This document shows, piece after piece, positions 50,101 through 58,759 of a stretch of DNA of 64,000 nucleotides. Under the pieces are notes generated by a model. That model was not told the origin of the DNA. It searched no databases and saw only the letters and a program-made list of their open reading frames with translations. The stretch comes from Rhynchobatus australiae. Taxonomy: Eukaryota. The position numbers and the translations under genes are program-made. The stretch spans positions 32,145,045-32,209,044 of the forward strand of contig JAUZTB010000135.1 of assembly GCA_034780895.1 (NCBI GenBank), given 5' to 3'. Position 1 is the first letter of the stretch. Every line of letters begins with the position of its first letter.

Positions 50101-52586
50101 NNNNNNNNNNNNNNNNNNNNNNNNNNNNNNNNNNNNNNNNNNNNNNNNNNNNNNNNNNNNNNNNNNNNNNNNNNNNNNCCCCCACTGTCCTGTATATTGT
50201 TTCATTTTATACAGCTTCCTTTTGAATGCAACTCTGACTGCTGCCGCAGATTAACTCAGCAGCACATTCCACTCCATGTTTTTCCTCATTTCACTTTTGG
50301 CCATTTTGCCAATAGATGCCATATAAGAGACTACAATGCAAAATTAAAGTACATGGGATTGGGGTTAACATATCTTCAAGGAGAAGAAAAGACAAAGAAT
50401 AAACATATCCTTTTCTGAATGGCAGGCCGTGACTAGTTATGCACCACAAGTTTAAGTGCTTTGACCTCAGCTAGTTACAATATACCTTAATGGTTTAGAT
50501 GGAGATATCACATTTAATTCTTAGATGTTTGTAAACACAAAGCACGGGAGGGGGGGGGTGTGGTTTGAGCTGTGGAGGATGCAGAGGCTCCAGTGTGATT
50601 TGGGTAGAATGTGGGAGTGGGATAAAGCATGGCAGAAGCATTTGTGGATAAATGAAGTTATTCATTTTGATGCAGAAACAGTAAGATAGATTATCTGAAT
50701 AGAAAGATACGAGGAAAGGGATAGATGCAGCAAGACCCGGGTGTACTTGCATGTCAGTCAGTGAAAGTCTGTAGGTGGTTAAAAAGTGGCAATTGATTTA
50801 TCTGTTTTCATATCAAAAATTGAGTACAGGAGCAGAGGTGTCTTACTGCAATTGTACAGGGCCTTGGTGAGGCCACAGTTTGAGTACTGTGTACAGTTCT
50901 AGTTGTCTTATCAGAGGAAGGATGCCCTTGCTATGGAGAAAATGCAGCAATTATTCCTGGATTTACTGGATTGATAGAAATTGAGATTAGAATGATTGGA
51001 TTATTATTGCTCAGACCTCATTTAAACAAAATTCTGATGGGAATGGACAGACTAAATGCAGCTAAATTCCTGATGGTGAGGGAAGAAAAGAACCAGGGTC
51101 ACAACCCAAGGATACAGGATAGGCCAATTAGCTGTGGATGAGAAAAATGGTGGTGAAACCATGGCATTTTCTACCATAAGATAGTTGAGGCCAAATCATT
51201 AAATATTCATGAAGTGAAATGTAGTATTAATAACTAAAGAGATCAAAGGATTTGGATGATCGACATGATTGTATTTTTATATATATTTCTATGACTCCTG
51301 GTTCTCGTTTCTCTGCAAGTAGGAACTTCCTAGCCTTTCAAAAAAGGTAAACAACTCAATCTGACCACCCGCCCACCATCTCCTCTGGACCAAGTTCTCC
51401 GCGTAATTGAAATCCCTTTTCCTGTAACGATTTTAGCAGATCTCTTCTGCACTTTTACGTCCTGTTTAAAATGTGCACCGAGAACTAGATACGATACCCC
51501 AGATTTTAGGAGGTAACCATGATCAATATCACCGTGGGACACTGCTCTTGCCGTGGACAAGCAAGAGTGCCCCGTGTATTGGGGGTATCGACAGAAGTTC
51601 TGGAGGCTCTGTTCTAGGGATAGAGGACTTTCACTGCAGCTACGAATGCTGGGATATGGCCCTTTCCATAGCGAGCAGGGAAATCTCGCAAAATCCGCCT
51701 TGATCATCCAATTTAACTCAGCAAGAGAAGGGCAGAGGATCAAGAAAAGGTCGAGAGCGGGGAGAAGCGAACGGTGGAAGGGATGTGAAGGACTTCGAAT
51801 GGGGACACCGCGCTCATGTGACCGATTAATTCCGGAGCCGCAGCCAGCGCCCGGAGCCCTTAAGAACAAGAGAGAGCGACCCACGACTCTCGGGGCCTCA
51901 TCCCAGTGAAGCCGGCACCAAGCAGACAGAGAACGGCCGGAGGTTCCGTGGTTCCAATCTCAGAGCAGCCCCACCCCTTCTCCCGAAAAGGCGCGAGTCC
52001 GCCCTACCTCCCTCTTTCCCGCCCAGTGAGCCTCGATCAATGTCCGGGNNNNNNNNNNNNNNNNNNNNNNNNNNNNNNNNNNNNNNNNNNNNNNNNNNNN
52101 NNNNNNNNNNNNNNNNNNNNNNNNNNNNNNNNNNNNNNNNNNNNNNNNCGATCAATGTCCGGGGGGGGGGGAGGGGGGGGTTGAAGAGAGGAGAGAAAGG
52201 AAGGAAAGGGGGAATGAGAAAGACAGTTGGGGCAGAGGTCCCGCACGGGCAGCAAAGTGGCCAGACCCCAACCGCGTGATCGGCCCGAGGGGTTGGAGCT
52301 GGGGAGGTGGGGGGAAAGGAGAGTTGAGGACAAAATCGGCCGGGGCCTGGGTGACAGCCCCTCCAAAGCCGCCCCGCGGTAACGATACACAGTGGGTCAG
52401 TGGCCTGGGCCTACGGTCAGCAACCTCCCTCCCTCACCCCAGGGAGTCTCGCCCTCCTGCTTCCCGCCCGCTCACCGAAGATCCCCGGCCTCTCTTGCCG
52501 AAAGCCGGGCTGTCCTCGACCGACAGGGCGATGAACTCGGAGCTGGAGTCGAGGCAGAGGGACGCGCCGCTCCTCAGCATCACCAT
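8110..52586 (-). CDS. ATAD2: ATPase family AAA domain-containing protein 2 (AAA+ ATPase plus bromodomain); 28 coding exons, ~1352 aa
   Basis: Spliced translation starts MVMLRS and includes Walker A GPPGTGKT, Walker [33 protein letters not shown], bromodomain [18 protein letters not shown], and C-terminal [13 protein letters not shown]. All visible junctions are GT-AG with matching phases. N-terminus and neighbouring NTAQ1 favour ATAD2 over ATAD2B. Confidence 0.97.
8630..9060 (-). mobile_element. Decayed Penelope-like element remnant (GIY-YIG region plus terminal repeat)
   Basis: Minus-strand remnant resembling GP..F.VK..F.C..NL.Y..KLS..F.EH, adjacent to a degenerate ctga..gggtc..gaaatattg core and cctgctgagt motif. 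Confidence 0.45.
9920..10048 (-). CDS. ATAD2: ATAD2 exon 27 ([10 protein letters not shown]...[26 protein letters not shown])
   Basis: Conserved C-terminal domain; 129 nt. Confidence 0.95.
10540..10676 (-). CDS. ATAD2: ATAD2 exon 26 ([26 protein letters not shown]...VDHERLM)
   Basis: MTR..R.QVEQQQ and VDHERL motifs; 137 nt. Confidence 0.94.
11696..12112 (-). CDS. ATAD2: ATAD2 exon 25 ([22 protein letters not shown]... acidic disordered linker)
   Basis: Basic W-containing motif like human KRKIRKKSNWYLG; open 417 nt, phase 1 to 1. Confidence 0.88.
13030..13173 (-). CDS. ATAD2: ATAD2 exon 24 ([20 protein letters not shown]...SASTPSTL)
   Basis: Similar to human GCSSSKYAPSYYHVMPK; 144 nt, phase 1 to 1. 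Confidence 0.93.
13390..13512 (-). CDS. ATAD2: ATAD2 exon 23 ([33 protein letters not shown]...)
   Basis: Bromodomain helix C; 123 nt. Confidence 0.96.
14637..14717 (-). CDS. ATAD2: ATAD2 exon 22, visible 5' part ([27 protein letters not shown]); remainder lies in an N-gap
   Basis: Bromodomain ZA-loop PMDL motif; donor not visible. Confidence 0.93.
15540..15900 (+). mobile_element. Penelope-derived terminal repeat copy (hammerhead-like core at 15804-15840)
   Basis: cagtccagattaagggcctcgaccc..catcgacc..cctgctgagttcctc; pyrimidine-rich leader shared with 60380-60570. Confidence 0.6.
16345..16541 (-). CDS. ATAD2: ATAD2 exon 21 ([15 protein letters not shown]...[15 protein letters not shown]), bromodomain start
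   Basis: [17 protein letters not shown] motif; 197 nt. Confidence 0.97.
18121..18256 (-). CDS. ATAD2: ATAD2 exon 20 ([18 protein letters not shown]...[14 protein letters not shown])
   Basis: [14 protein letters not shown] motif; 136 nt. Confidence 0.96.
18733..18918 (-). CDS. ATAD2: ATAD2 exon 19 ([22 protein letters not shown]...ELAEE)
   Basis: AAA2 motif; 186 nt. Confidence 0.96.
19880..20215 (+). mobile_element. CR1-like LINE 3' end
   Basis: [32 protein letters not shown], the CR1 ORF2 C-terminus. Confidence 0.85.
20787..20973 (-). CDS. ATAD2: ATAD2 exon 18 ([33 protein letters not shown]...PEETCAM), AAA2 domain
   Basis: Degenerate second Walker A; 187 nt. Confidence 0.96.
21728..22100 (+). 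mobile_element. CR1-like LINE 3' end
   Basis: LRRDLIKVY..IRG remnant plus tail. Confidence 0.7.
22776..22905 (-). CDS. ATAD2: ATAD2 exon 17 ([24 protein letters not shown]...GSFLSYIR)
   Basis: YSDD..PSV.ENG motif; 130 nt, phase 1 to 2. Confidence 0.9.
24030..24320 (+). mobile_element. tRNA-derived V-SINE (HE1-like)
   Basis: Pol III A box TAGTGTAGTGG and B box GGTTCAATTCC, V-domain-like gttctcccc..ttcctcccacattccaaagac, tail aataaa-tatct; near-identical copies at 47918-48200 and 61447-61890. Confidence 0.8.
24698..25012 (-). CDS. ATAD2: ATAD2 exon 16 ([27 protein letters not shown]...)
   Basis: GYCGADIK lid motif; 315 nt. Confidence 0.97.
25103..25193 (-). CDS. ATAD2: ATAD2 exon 15 ([30 protein letters not shown])
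   Basis: AAA lid start; 91 nt. Confidence 0.96.
25898..26057 (-). CDS. ATAD2: ATAD2 exon 14 ([12 protein letters not shown]...[21 protein letters not shown])
   Basis: AAA second region of homology with Arg finger; 160 nt. Confidence 0.98.
26795..26883 (-). CDS. ATAD2: ATAD2 exon 13 (Walker [30 protein letters not shown])
   Basis: hhhhDE motif; 89 nt. Confidence 0.97.
28556..28730 (-). CDS. ATAD2: ATAD2 exon 12 (Walker [24 protein letters not shown]...RLLFDQ)
   Basis: P-loop; 175 nt. Confidence 0.98.
30341..30456 (-). CDS. ATAD2: ATAD2 exon 11 ([39 protein letters not shown])
   Basis: AAA N-linker motif; 116 nt. Confidence 0.97.
32403..32511 (-). CDS. ATAD2: ATAD2 exon 10 ([10 protein letters not shown]...[15 protein letters not shown])
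   Basis: CLPLN and [10 protein letters not shown] motifs; 109 nt. Confidence 0.96.
33828..33944 (-). CDS. ATAD2: ATAD2 exon 9 ([29 protein letters not shown]...)
   Basis: [14 protein letters not shown] motif; 117 nt. Confidence 0.95.
34395..34830 (-). mobile_element. CR1-like LINE 3' end
   Basis: Reverse complement of the CR1 ORF2 C-terminus and tail. Confidence 0.8.
35552..35666 (-). CDS. ATAD2: ATAD2 exon 8 ([39 protein letters not shown])
   Basis: IFY.GP.SP.R.RYR..RSPYCKR motif; 115 nt. Confidence 0.93.
35980..36600 (+). mobile_element. CR1-like LINE 3' fragment with nested Penelope-derived repeat (~36250-36385, minus)
   Basis: QFWSP..RKD...LKRV remnant; interrupted by the gaactcag/gcagcatctg repeat. 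Confidence 0.7.
36784..36888 (-). CDS. ATAD2: ATAD2 exon 7 ([35 protein letters not shown])
   Basis: KRYYLRQRK motif; 105 nt, phase 1 to 1. Confidence 0.92.
37735..37828 (-). CDS. ATAD2: ATAD2 exon 6 ([31 protein letters not shown])
   Basis: Similar to human NLNMY..DEETTDNQEGS; 94 nt, phase 0 to 1. Confidence 0.88.
37990..38300 (-). mobile_element. Ancient Deu-SINE-like (SacSINE1-like) fragment
   Basis: tgtaatgtaggaaa..ggcagtcaatttgtgcacagcaagctccc..aactcccct..cttcaaaatagc..ccctcagtgct; similar relics at ~1040-1230, 48390-48790, 57770-58060, 62370-62690. Confidence 0.5.
38338..38446 (-). CDS. ATAD2: ATAD2 exon 5 ([24 protein letters not shown]...)
   Basis: Near identical to the recalled human motif; 109 nt. 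Confidence 0.95.
38554..38716 (-). CDS. ATAD2: ATAD2 exon 4 (VPITRS...[27 protein letters not shown])
   Basis: Conserved NQS.LFDKLIT motif; ag/gt junctions, 163 nt. Confidence 0.93.
38940..41540 (+). mobile_element. Long decayed CR1-like LINE ORF2 (endonuclease to RT to tail) in ATAD2 intron 3
   Basis: Remnants [22 protein letters not shown], degenerate [15 protein letters not shown]; many stops and frameshifts. Confidence 0.85.
42249..42286 (-). CDS. ATAD2: ATAD2 exon 3 ([12 protein letters not shown])
   Basis: ttttttctttgcag / gtaagt, 38 nt, phase 2 to 1 bridges exons 2 and 4. Confidence 0.8.
42540..44070 (-). mobile_element. Decayed CR1-like LINE RT region plus 3' end in ATAD2 intron 2
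   Basis: Minus-strand LHPRLK..A..IVD.L.IIFQ, DF.KA.DKV, FADDAN and tail remnants. Confidence 0.8.
45061..45227 (-). CDS. ATAD2: ATAD2 exon 2 (RYLSRNVKE...[10 protein letters not shown])
   Basis: tttttttaaacag acceptor, gtaaat donor, open 167 nt, phase 0 to 2; ends FTR as in human. Confidence 0.8.
45480..46188 (+). mobile_element. RTE-clade LINE fragment
   Basis: LDWFDEND.. at ~45721 matches the recalled RTE ORF motif QDWFDEND; decayed. Confidence 0.55.
47918..48200 (-). mobile_element. tRNA-derived V-SINE (HE1-like)
   Basis: Reverse complement of the 24030-24320 element. Confidence 0.8.
48390..48790 (+). mobile_element. Ancient Deu-SINE-like fragment
   Basis: cagaggtgccatctttt..aagatccca..cactatttcaag Deu-domain-like core and L2-like tail. 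Confidence 0.5.
50405..51300 (+). mobile_element. Decayed CR1-like LINE RT 3' fragment
   Basis: [16 protein letters not shown] remnant at ~50850-50900. Confidence 0.75.
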
Positions 52587-53075
52587 GATGGAGGCGCAGC
52601 GACCACCGACCGTTAACTGACGCCGATTCCAGCGCCAGAACTTTCCCGCGCACCTCCTCCCACTGCACCCACACCCCCGGCCGCGCCTTCCGCCGGGGAA
52701 AATAGACCTCCCTTATGCTTAACCAGGGACCTGCCAATCCACACAAAACCAGAAAAGCCCTCACGTAAGTGAATAAATCTGATGAACGTAGAGATTTTCC
52801 ACCCGTTTGCCTGAAACAGCATTAAGTGTACTCTTTAGCGCGGAGGGATTCGACTTCGAGCCTGCCGGAAGGCAATAGGTCCTATTGGTTAGGATTCCAG
52901 CGAATCCGTGGCGGCCGAGATCACGTGGTACAAAGCGCCGCTCGATTGCATCACAACGGTCCAATCAGAACCTGGTAAACATTCGGAGCGTGACGCAGCG
53001 GATAGGGGCGTGGTCAAAATAAAGAAACACGTGGGTTCCCCGCCGGCCCGGGGTGAGACCAGGTTGTTGGTAATG
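51450..53075 (-). promoter_or_regulatory. ATAD2 CpG island/promoter with E2F site, CCAAT boxes, E-boxes and GC box
   Basis: High CpG density; TTTCCCGC 52642-52649; ATTGG ~52884 and CCAAT ~52961; CACGTG 52922 and 53028; GGGGCGTGG ~53005; TGACG ~52991. Confidence 0.8.
52476..52586 (-). CDS. ATAD2: ATAD2 coding exon 1 ([37 protein letters not shown])
   Basis: ATG at 52586 in a CpG island; resembles human MVVLRS..LDLSSDFLSL; donor gtgagc, phase 0. Confidence 0.9.
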
Positions 53076-53122
53076 TTGAAGTGAGTCCGGTCTTTATTAT
53101 TCTTGAGCAGCTCTTAATTTAG

Positions 53123-54080
53123 GGGCTCTTCCAGTCAGGTGCTTCCTCCACAGACAAAATATCATTCCCAACTCATGCTACTCTCAGGACGGCTGTGGTG
53201 GGGGGGAGATGGTCATCCACCTCTTTGCAGACTAGATGTGCTAAGAGGGTGTGGAGAAGGATGCAAGGGTCCTTGTCTCAGTTCATCCTGAGCAGCTGCA
53301 TAACCAAGGGCTCTCTGATCTAAATTGGTTTATTATTGTCACATGTACTAAAGTACAGTGAAAAAACTTTTTGTGCATGCCATCCATACAGATCATTTCA
53401 TTACATCAGTGGATTGAGGTAGTACAAGGGAAAACAATAACAGAATGTAGAATAAAGTGTTACAGTCACAGAGAAAGAGTGGTGCAGGCAGACAATAAGG
53501 TGCATAACCATAACAAGGTGGATTGTGAGGTCAAGAGTCCATCTTATCATACTAGGGGACCGTTCAAAAGTCTTATAACAGTGGGATAGAAGCTGCCCTT
53601 GAGCCTGGTGGTATGGGCTGTTCCCAGAGTCACACACTGAGGCAGACTTCAAGTACTGCTAGAAGACCATCAACTCAGTGAAAGATGCTCTTTGGTCTGC
53701 CCAAAAACTTGTTGGTCTTCCAGCACAGTGAGGTGTTCATAAGGGAATAATGCTGACTGGCACATTCCAGGCTGCAGGAGTACATGTTGAGGGATGCACT
53801 GAAGCTTGGTGCAGCCAATGCAAAGCCTCTATGGGCAAGGACCACAGTCCTACCACCACTGGACACTGAGGGGCTGAGTCTGATGGGGAAGTCTCTCAAA
53901 CATTGAAATGGTGTATCACCCAGGAGATCACATGCGTGGCAATGGTGCTATGGTTAAAAAAATGTGTTAACATGACTGAATGTATTGACCATATGACACT
54001 AAATATGTAAAGGGTTTTGCACTGTGTGTATTGTCTTTTATATTTTTTATTATGAATAAAGTTTATTTTTGAAATAAAAA
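53123..54080 (+). mobile_element. 5'-truncated Tx1/L1-like LINE with A-rich tail and 14-bp target-site duplication
   Basis: TSD AGCTCTTAATTTAG at 53109-53122 and 54081-54094; ORF2 C-terminal remnant ALPVR.FLH..INSVKDALWSA.NLLVFQ..LRDALKLGAA; aataaa plus A-rich tail. Confidence 0.85.
53323..53611 (-). mobile_element. Rex1-like 3' tail nested inside the Tx1/L1 element
   Basis: Reverse complement of ~395-670; splits the Tx1 reading frame at SLIY/YGLFP. Confidence 0.75.
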
Positions 54081-54919
54081 AGCTCTTAATTTAGCAAAAG
54101 TAATGGAATAAACAAGAAAGTAAAATTGTGGGGCTGTGGGAGTCTAACCAGGGAGTGCTGAAGGAGCTGACATGACCTGATGGGCTCTTTTTATACTGTA
54201 TTATTCTATTTTATGGTCCCTGCAACTGCCCAGTTTCTGTCTGGTCAATCAATATTTCACAATTTTGTTCAGTTCAAGGACTTTTTTGCTGCTCACTTTC
54301 ATTATAGTCCTAAAGTGAGCTGGTGTTTTTCTTTCTCGTAACCAATATATTGAAAAAGTGGTGGTGTGCTCACTGAGTCTTAAGATTGTAGTTTCAAGTC
54401 TCAATCCAGAAAACTGAGCAACTAACCTAAGCAGATAAGTGTGTGTGGCATTGCAGGAATTATGGATACTGGCAGCACGGAAAGAGACTTCTTCCATACT
54501 TTGTCCTTACTAGCTGAGAAAGAGGTATCAAGACAGATCTTATTTTCCAGCTCTCAGTGCATAGATTTATAAGTTATGCCTCATCAAAGGCCCATCCAGG
54601 TACTTTTTAAATGTGATGAATATTTCTCTCCACCACCCTTTCATTGCAGGAAGTGCTATCTTTCAGATAAGAATTTATTTGAGGCCATATCTGAAGGTAG
54701 GAAAAAAATCCATGTTACTTTTTCAATGAACACAAAAGTTATTAATCTTTTTTCCATAACCTGCATCACAAAAACAAAGTATCAGGTAATTATTGCACTA
54801 CCATACTGTCTAGATTGTATGCAAGATAGATGTACTTCCTACATATATAAAGTACATCATTAGCTGGAAAGTAGTTCACGGAATCCGGAGACCTCGAATA
54901 TTTCTGTTCCTTGTTAATA

Positions 54920-55380
54920 ACATAGAACAGTACAGCACTGGACAGGCCTTACGGCCCACAGTGTTGTGCCGATCTTGATGCCAATTTATACCAAATGTCC
55001 TGTGTATCATCCACATCCCTCCATTCCCATCATATTCATGTGTCTATCTAAAAGCCTCTGCTTCCACTACTACCCCAGTAACCCATTCCAAGCACCTACC
55101 ACTCTGCATAAAAAGCTTGTCCCTTATGTGGCCTTTAAATTTCCCCCCTCTAACCTTAAAAGCATGCCCTCTGGTGCTTGATATTTCTGCTCTAGGGAAA
55201 AGATTCTGACTGTTTACCCTATTGGTGCCTCTCATAATTTTAAAAACCTCTATTAGGTCTCTCCTCAGCCTCCAACACTTTAGGGAGAACAACTCAAGAT
55301 TGTCCAACCTTTCCTTATAGCTCATACCCTCTGATCCAGGCAACATCCTGGTAAACCTCTTCTGCACCCTCCCCAGGGTC
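54920..55380 (-). mobile_element. CR1-like LINE 3' end
   Basis: ORF 55044-55367 QKRFTRMLPG..YKERLD.L.LFSL..RLRRDLIEVFKIMRG. Confidence 0.88.
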
Positions 55381-55589
55381 TCCCCAATAACCTGTTATTG
55401 ACTGCTATGTCTATCTTGGGTGGTTGTCTCTGTCTTGTACTGGTCCATATTAAATTACAACTACTGGAAACCCATCTGCATGAAATATCAACAACCATCT
55501 TAATTTAATTGCACTTGATCTGCTTGTTATTTAACTTTGCCTTTTATTTCATTTTTTGTATTGGTTTATTGTCATGTGTACCAAGATGT

Positions 55590-57500
55590 CACCCTGTGGC
55601 CTTTCCTCTCAGCAACAAGTATACCCCTTTGGATACTGCAAGGGGGGGGATGACCTATCAGGACGCAGCAGCAGCAGCCAGGTCAATGGCACTGTGGCCG
55701 GCTCTGCGGCTCAGCAGGAAAAGGTAAAGTCAGGCAGAGCAATAGTGATAGAAGACTCGATAGTCAGGGGGACAAGCAGGAGATTCTGTGGCCGTGAAAG
55801 AGACACCAGGAGGGTGTGTTGCCTCCCAGGTGCCATGGTTGAGGATGTTTCAGAGTGGCTGCAGAACATTCTCATGGGGGAGGGTGAGCAGCCAGAGGTC
55901 GTGATGCGCATTGGCACCAATGACATAGGTAGAAAGGGGGATGAGATCCTGTGCAGTGAGTATAGCAAGTTAGGAAAGAGGCTGAAAAACAGGACTTCGG
56001 AGGTAGTAATCTCTGGATTACTCCCAGTGCCACGTGCTAGTCAGGGCAGGAATAGAGAAATGGAACAGATGAATGTGTAGCTGAGGAACTGGTGCAGGGG
56101 GCAGGGTTTCAGGTTCTTGGATCACTGGAATTTCTTCTGGGGCAGAACTCAAACATAAGAAATGTGCAATCACTCTGATGGGATTATACTACAGACCCCT
56201 CCAATAGCATCTGAGATATTGAGGAATAGATATGTAGGATGATTAGGGAAAGGTGTAAAAACAACAGGGTTGCTATAGTGGGTGACTTCAACTTCCCTAA
56301 TATAAACTGGGACCTCCTTAGTGCAAGAGGTTTAGACAGAGCAGAATTTGTTAGCTGCATCGGGAGAGTTTCCTAAATCAATATGTAGATTGTCCAACAA
56401 GAGGGGCCACACTGGACCTGTTGTTGGGTAACAAACTTGGCCTGGTGACTGACCTGTCAGTGGGAGAACAGTTAGGGCACAGTGACCACAACTCCTTAAG
56501 TTTTAAGATAGCTATAGATAATAAGTATGGACCTTGCGGGAGTGTATTAAATTGGAGCAGGGCAAATTACGAGAGTATTAAGCAGGAACTAGGGAGAGTT
56601 AATTGGGGACAGCTGTATCTGAGCAAGTCCACATCTGACATGTAGAGGATGTTTAAAGACCAACTGCACGGGACAGGACAGGTATGTTCCAGTAAAAAGG
56701 AAGGACAAGGATGGCAAGGTAAGAGAACTTGGATGCTGAGAGAGGTGGTGAATTTAATCAAGAAGATAAAGGAAGTGTATGTAAGGTTTAGGAAGCGAAA
56801 ATCAAACAGACCCCTTGAGGATTATAAAGAAGCCAGAAAAAAACTCAAGAAGGAAATTGTGAGAGCCAGGAGGGGCCATGAAAAGTCCTTGGCACGTAGG
56901 ATGAAAGAGAATCCCAAGGCATTCTATACATATGTCAAGAGCAAGAGGATAACTAGGGAGCAGGTAGGACCACTTAAGGATAGAGGAGGGAACATGTGCT
57001 TGGAGACAGAGAATGTGGGAGAGGTCCGAAGGAAGTACTTTGCCTCAGTATTTAAGAAGGAGAAGGATGTGGAGGATAGGCAGATCTATGTGAAGCGTGC
57101 TAATATGCTAGGGCATTTCAAGGTAAAGAAGGAGGTAGTGTTTGGTCTCTTAAAGAACATTAAGGTGGATAAGTCCCTAGGGCCTGATAGGATATACCCC
57201 AGGTTATTGAGAGGCAAGAGATGAGATTGCTGGAACCTTGACCAATATCTTTGTGTCCTCTCTAGCCATATGCGAAGTCCTGGAGGACTGGCGAGTAGCT
57301 AATGTTGTTCCATTATTCAATAAGGGAAATACGGATAATCCTGAAAACTATAGACCAGTGATTCTCACATCAATGGTAGGGAAGTTACTGGAGAGGATTC
57401 TTAGGGATAGGATTTATGGGATAGGGATAGGGATAGGAAAAACCATGGCCTAATTAGGGACAGTCAGCATGGTTTTGTGCGGGGCAAGCCTGTCTCACTA
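55590..57500 (+). mobile_element. CR1-like LINE 5'/internal portion: ORF1 SGNH/GDSL esterase plus ORF2 endonuclease to early RT; disrupted
   Basis: IVIEDSIVRG..VCCLPGA..IGTNDI; GDFNFP, SDHN, KENPKAFYTY, GPDRIYPRLL, DWRVANVVPLF.KG, NYRPV; stops and frameshifts. Confidence 0.9.
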
Positions 57501-58199
57501 ACCAGCCGTTAGCTGCAAATTTGCAGATTACAGCTACCACTTTTGGAAAAAGCAGTGTCAAACGGAGAAACTTCCAGCTAAGTGAAGTTGAAAGGATCAA
57601 CATCCCAGGTTAACTAAATGCTGTGGTATGCTCTTGAGCAACCACTGGATATATTATTTAATGGAAAGTAGAATCCAGAAACCTTGTGTGCAAATACATG
57701 ACGTGGACCACATTGATCAAATTTGTATACGAAAGGAAGCCCTGCCGTAGGATCCTTCTCATCCTTTTTAGGTTGTCTTAAGATGCTTTGCAATGAAATA
57801 CATTTGAAGCGCTGTCACTGTTGTAAAGTAGGAAACACGGGAAACATTTTACACGTTTTACACTCAGATCTCAGAAAGGTAGCAAGCTCCTCGAAACAGG
57901 CAAATTCTAATAACGAGATGAGCTTTTTTGAATCGTAGAGTATTTATGGAACAGGCTGCTATTTAGAAGGGAATGTATTAGCCATGACTGGGGAGAACTC
58001 CCACACTCTTTCTTCATAGTGTAATAGGAGATTGAATGCTTAGCTGAGCGAGCAGACAAGACGTCGACAATTCCTCCCCCCTCCCCTCAATAGACGCTGC
58101 TCGACCGCTGAGTTCCTCCAGCAGGCTATTTGTGGCTCCATAACCCAGCGTCTGCAGTCTCTTGGGTCTCCTTCACTTTTCATACCTTCAGGCCATCAT

Positions 58200-58620
58200 A
58201 ACTGGCACCGGTTAAAATTTGCAGATATATTCGCAAAAAGGTTTAAGGGCACCGTGCTTTATGCATTGCAGAAGCACCAATAAAATAAAACGAATTACGT
58301 CTGCAAACGTCCAAGTCAAAGCGGAGATACTTTGCTGCAAAAAGGGCAAAATCTGGGGTATAGTGCAGGCGCAGCTGGCTGTCCTGACTACGTCACAGGG
58401 TGGGCGGGGAAATGCCCGTGTGCAACCGCTTTCCCTCTCCGCCGTCACTCGGCCTTCAATACTGGCTCCGGCCGATGGTTCCTGTTCTGTGTCACAGTGA
58501 AGGGGTTCCGAGGAGAAGATAGATCGGCTTCGGTGTTGGGAGTGCCGTCTCTCCGGGGGAGCTATGAGTTTAGCAAACCCCGCCGGGTTGGACCCAGGCG
58601 ACAAGTGCCAGCTGCCAGCC
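58200..58620 (+). promoter_or_regulatory. NTAQ1 CpG-rich promoter/5' UTR
   Basis: CpG enrichment; GGGCGGGG GC box ~58402; CRE-like TACGTCA ~58389; NRF1-like TGCAGGCGCA ~58364. Confidence 0.65.
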
Positions 58621-58658
58621 ATTGTAAAGGAGGATTGTGTGTACACCAGCTGTTACTG
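58564..58658 (+). CDS. NTAQ1: Protein N-terminal glutamine amidohydrolase (NTAQ1/WDYHV1) coding exon 1 (MSLANPAGLDPGDKCQLPAIVKEDCVYTSCY)
   Basis: CVYTSCYC matches the recalled human CVYSSCYC catalytic-Cys motif; donor gtaagc, phase 2. Confidence 0.9.
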
Positions 58659-58759
58659 GTAAGCTGCAGGCCCGACCTGTGCTTGTGGGGACAGGGTAAA
58701 TAACTGTGGCTTCAACTTGCACCCAGCCTGTTCTACCTTCAGGGGTATAAACCTAGCTC

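Noticed and set aside
51330-52822. Multiple 70-184 aa ORFs in the ATAD2 CpG island
   Set aside because: GC-rich stop-poor region; the true coding frame is the 111-nt exon 1, which is absent from the ORF track.
58212-58646. 144-aa antisense ORF over NTAQ1 exon 1 ending in CEYICKF, echoing CEYIK of exon 2
   Set aside because: Short chance similarity in a GC-rich promoter; no supporting domain or splice structure.
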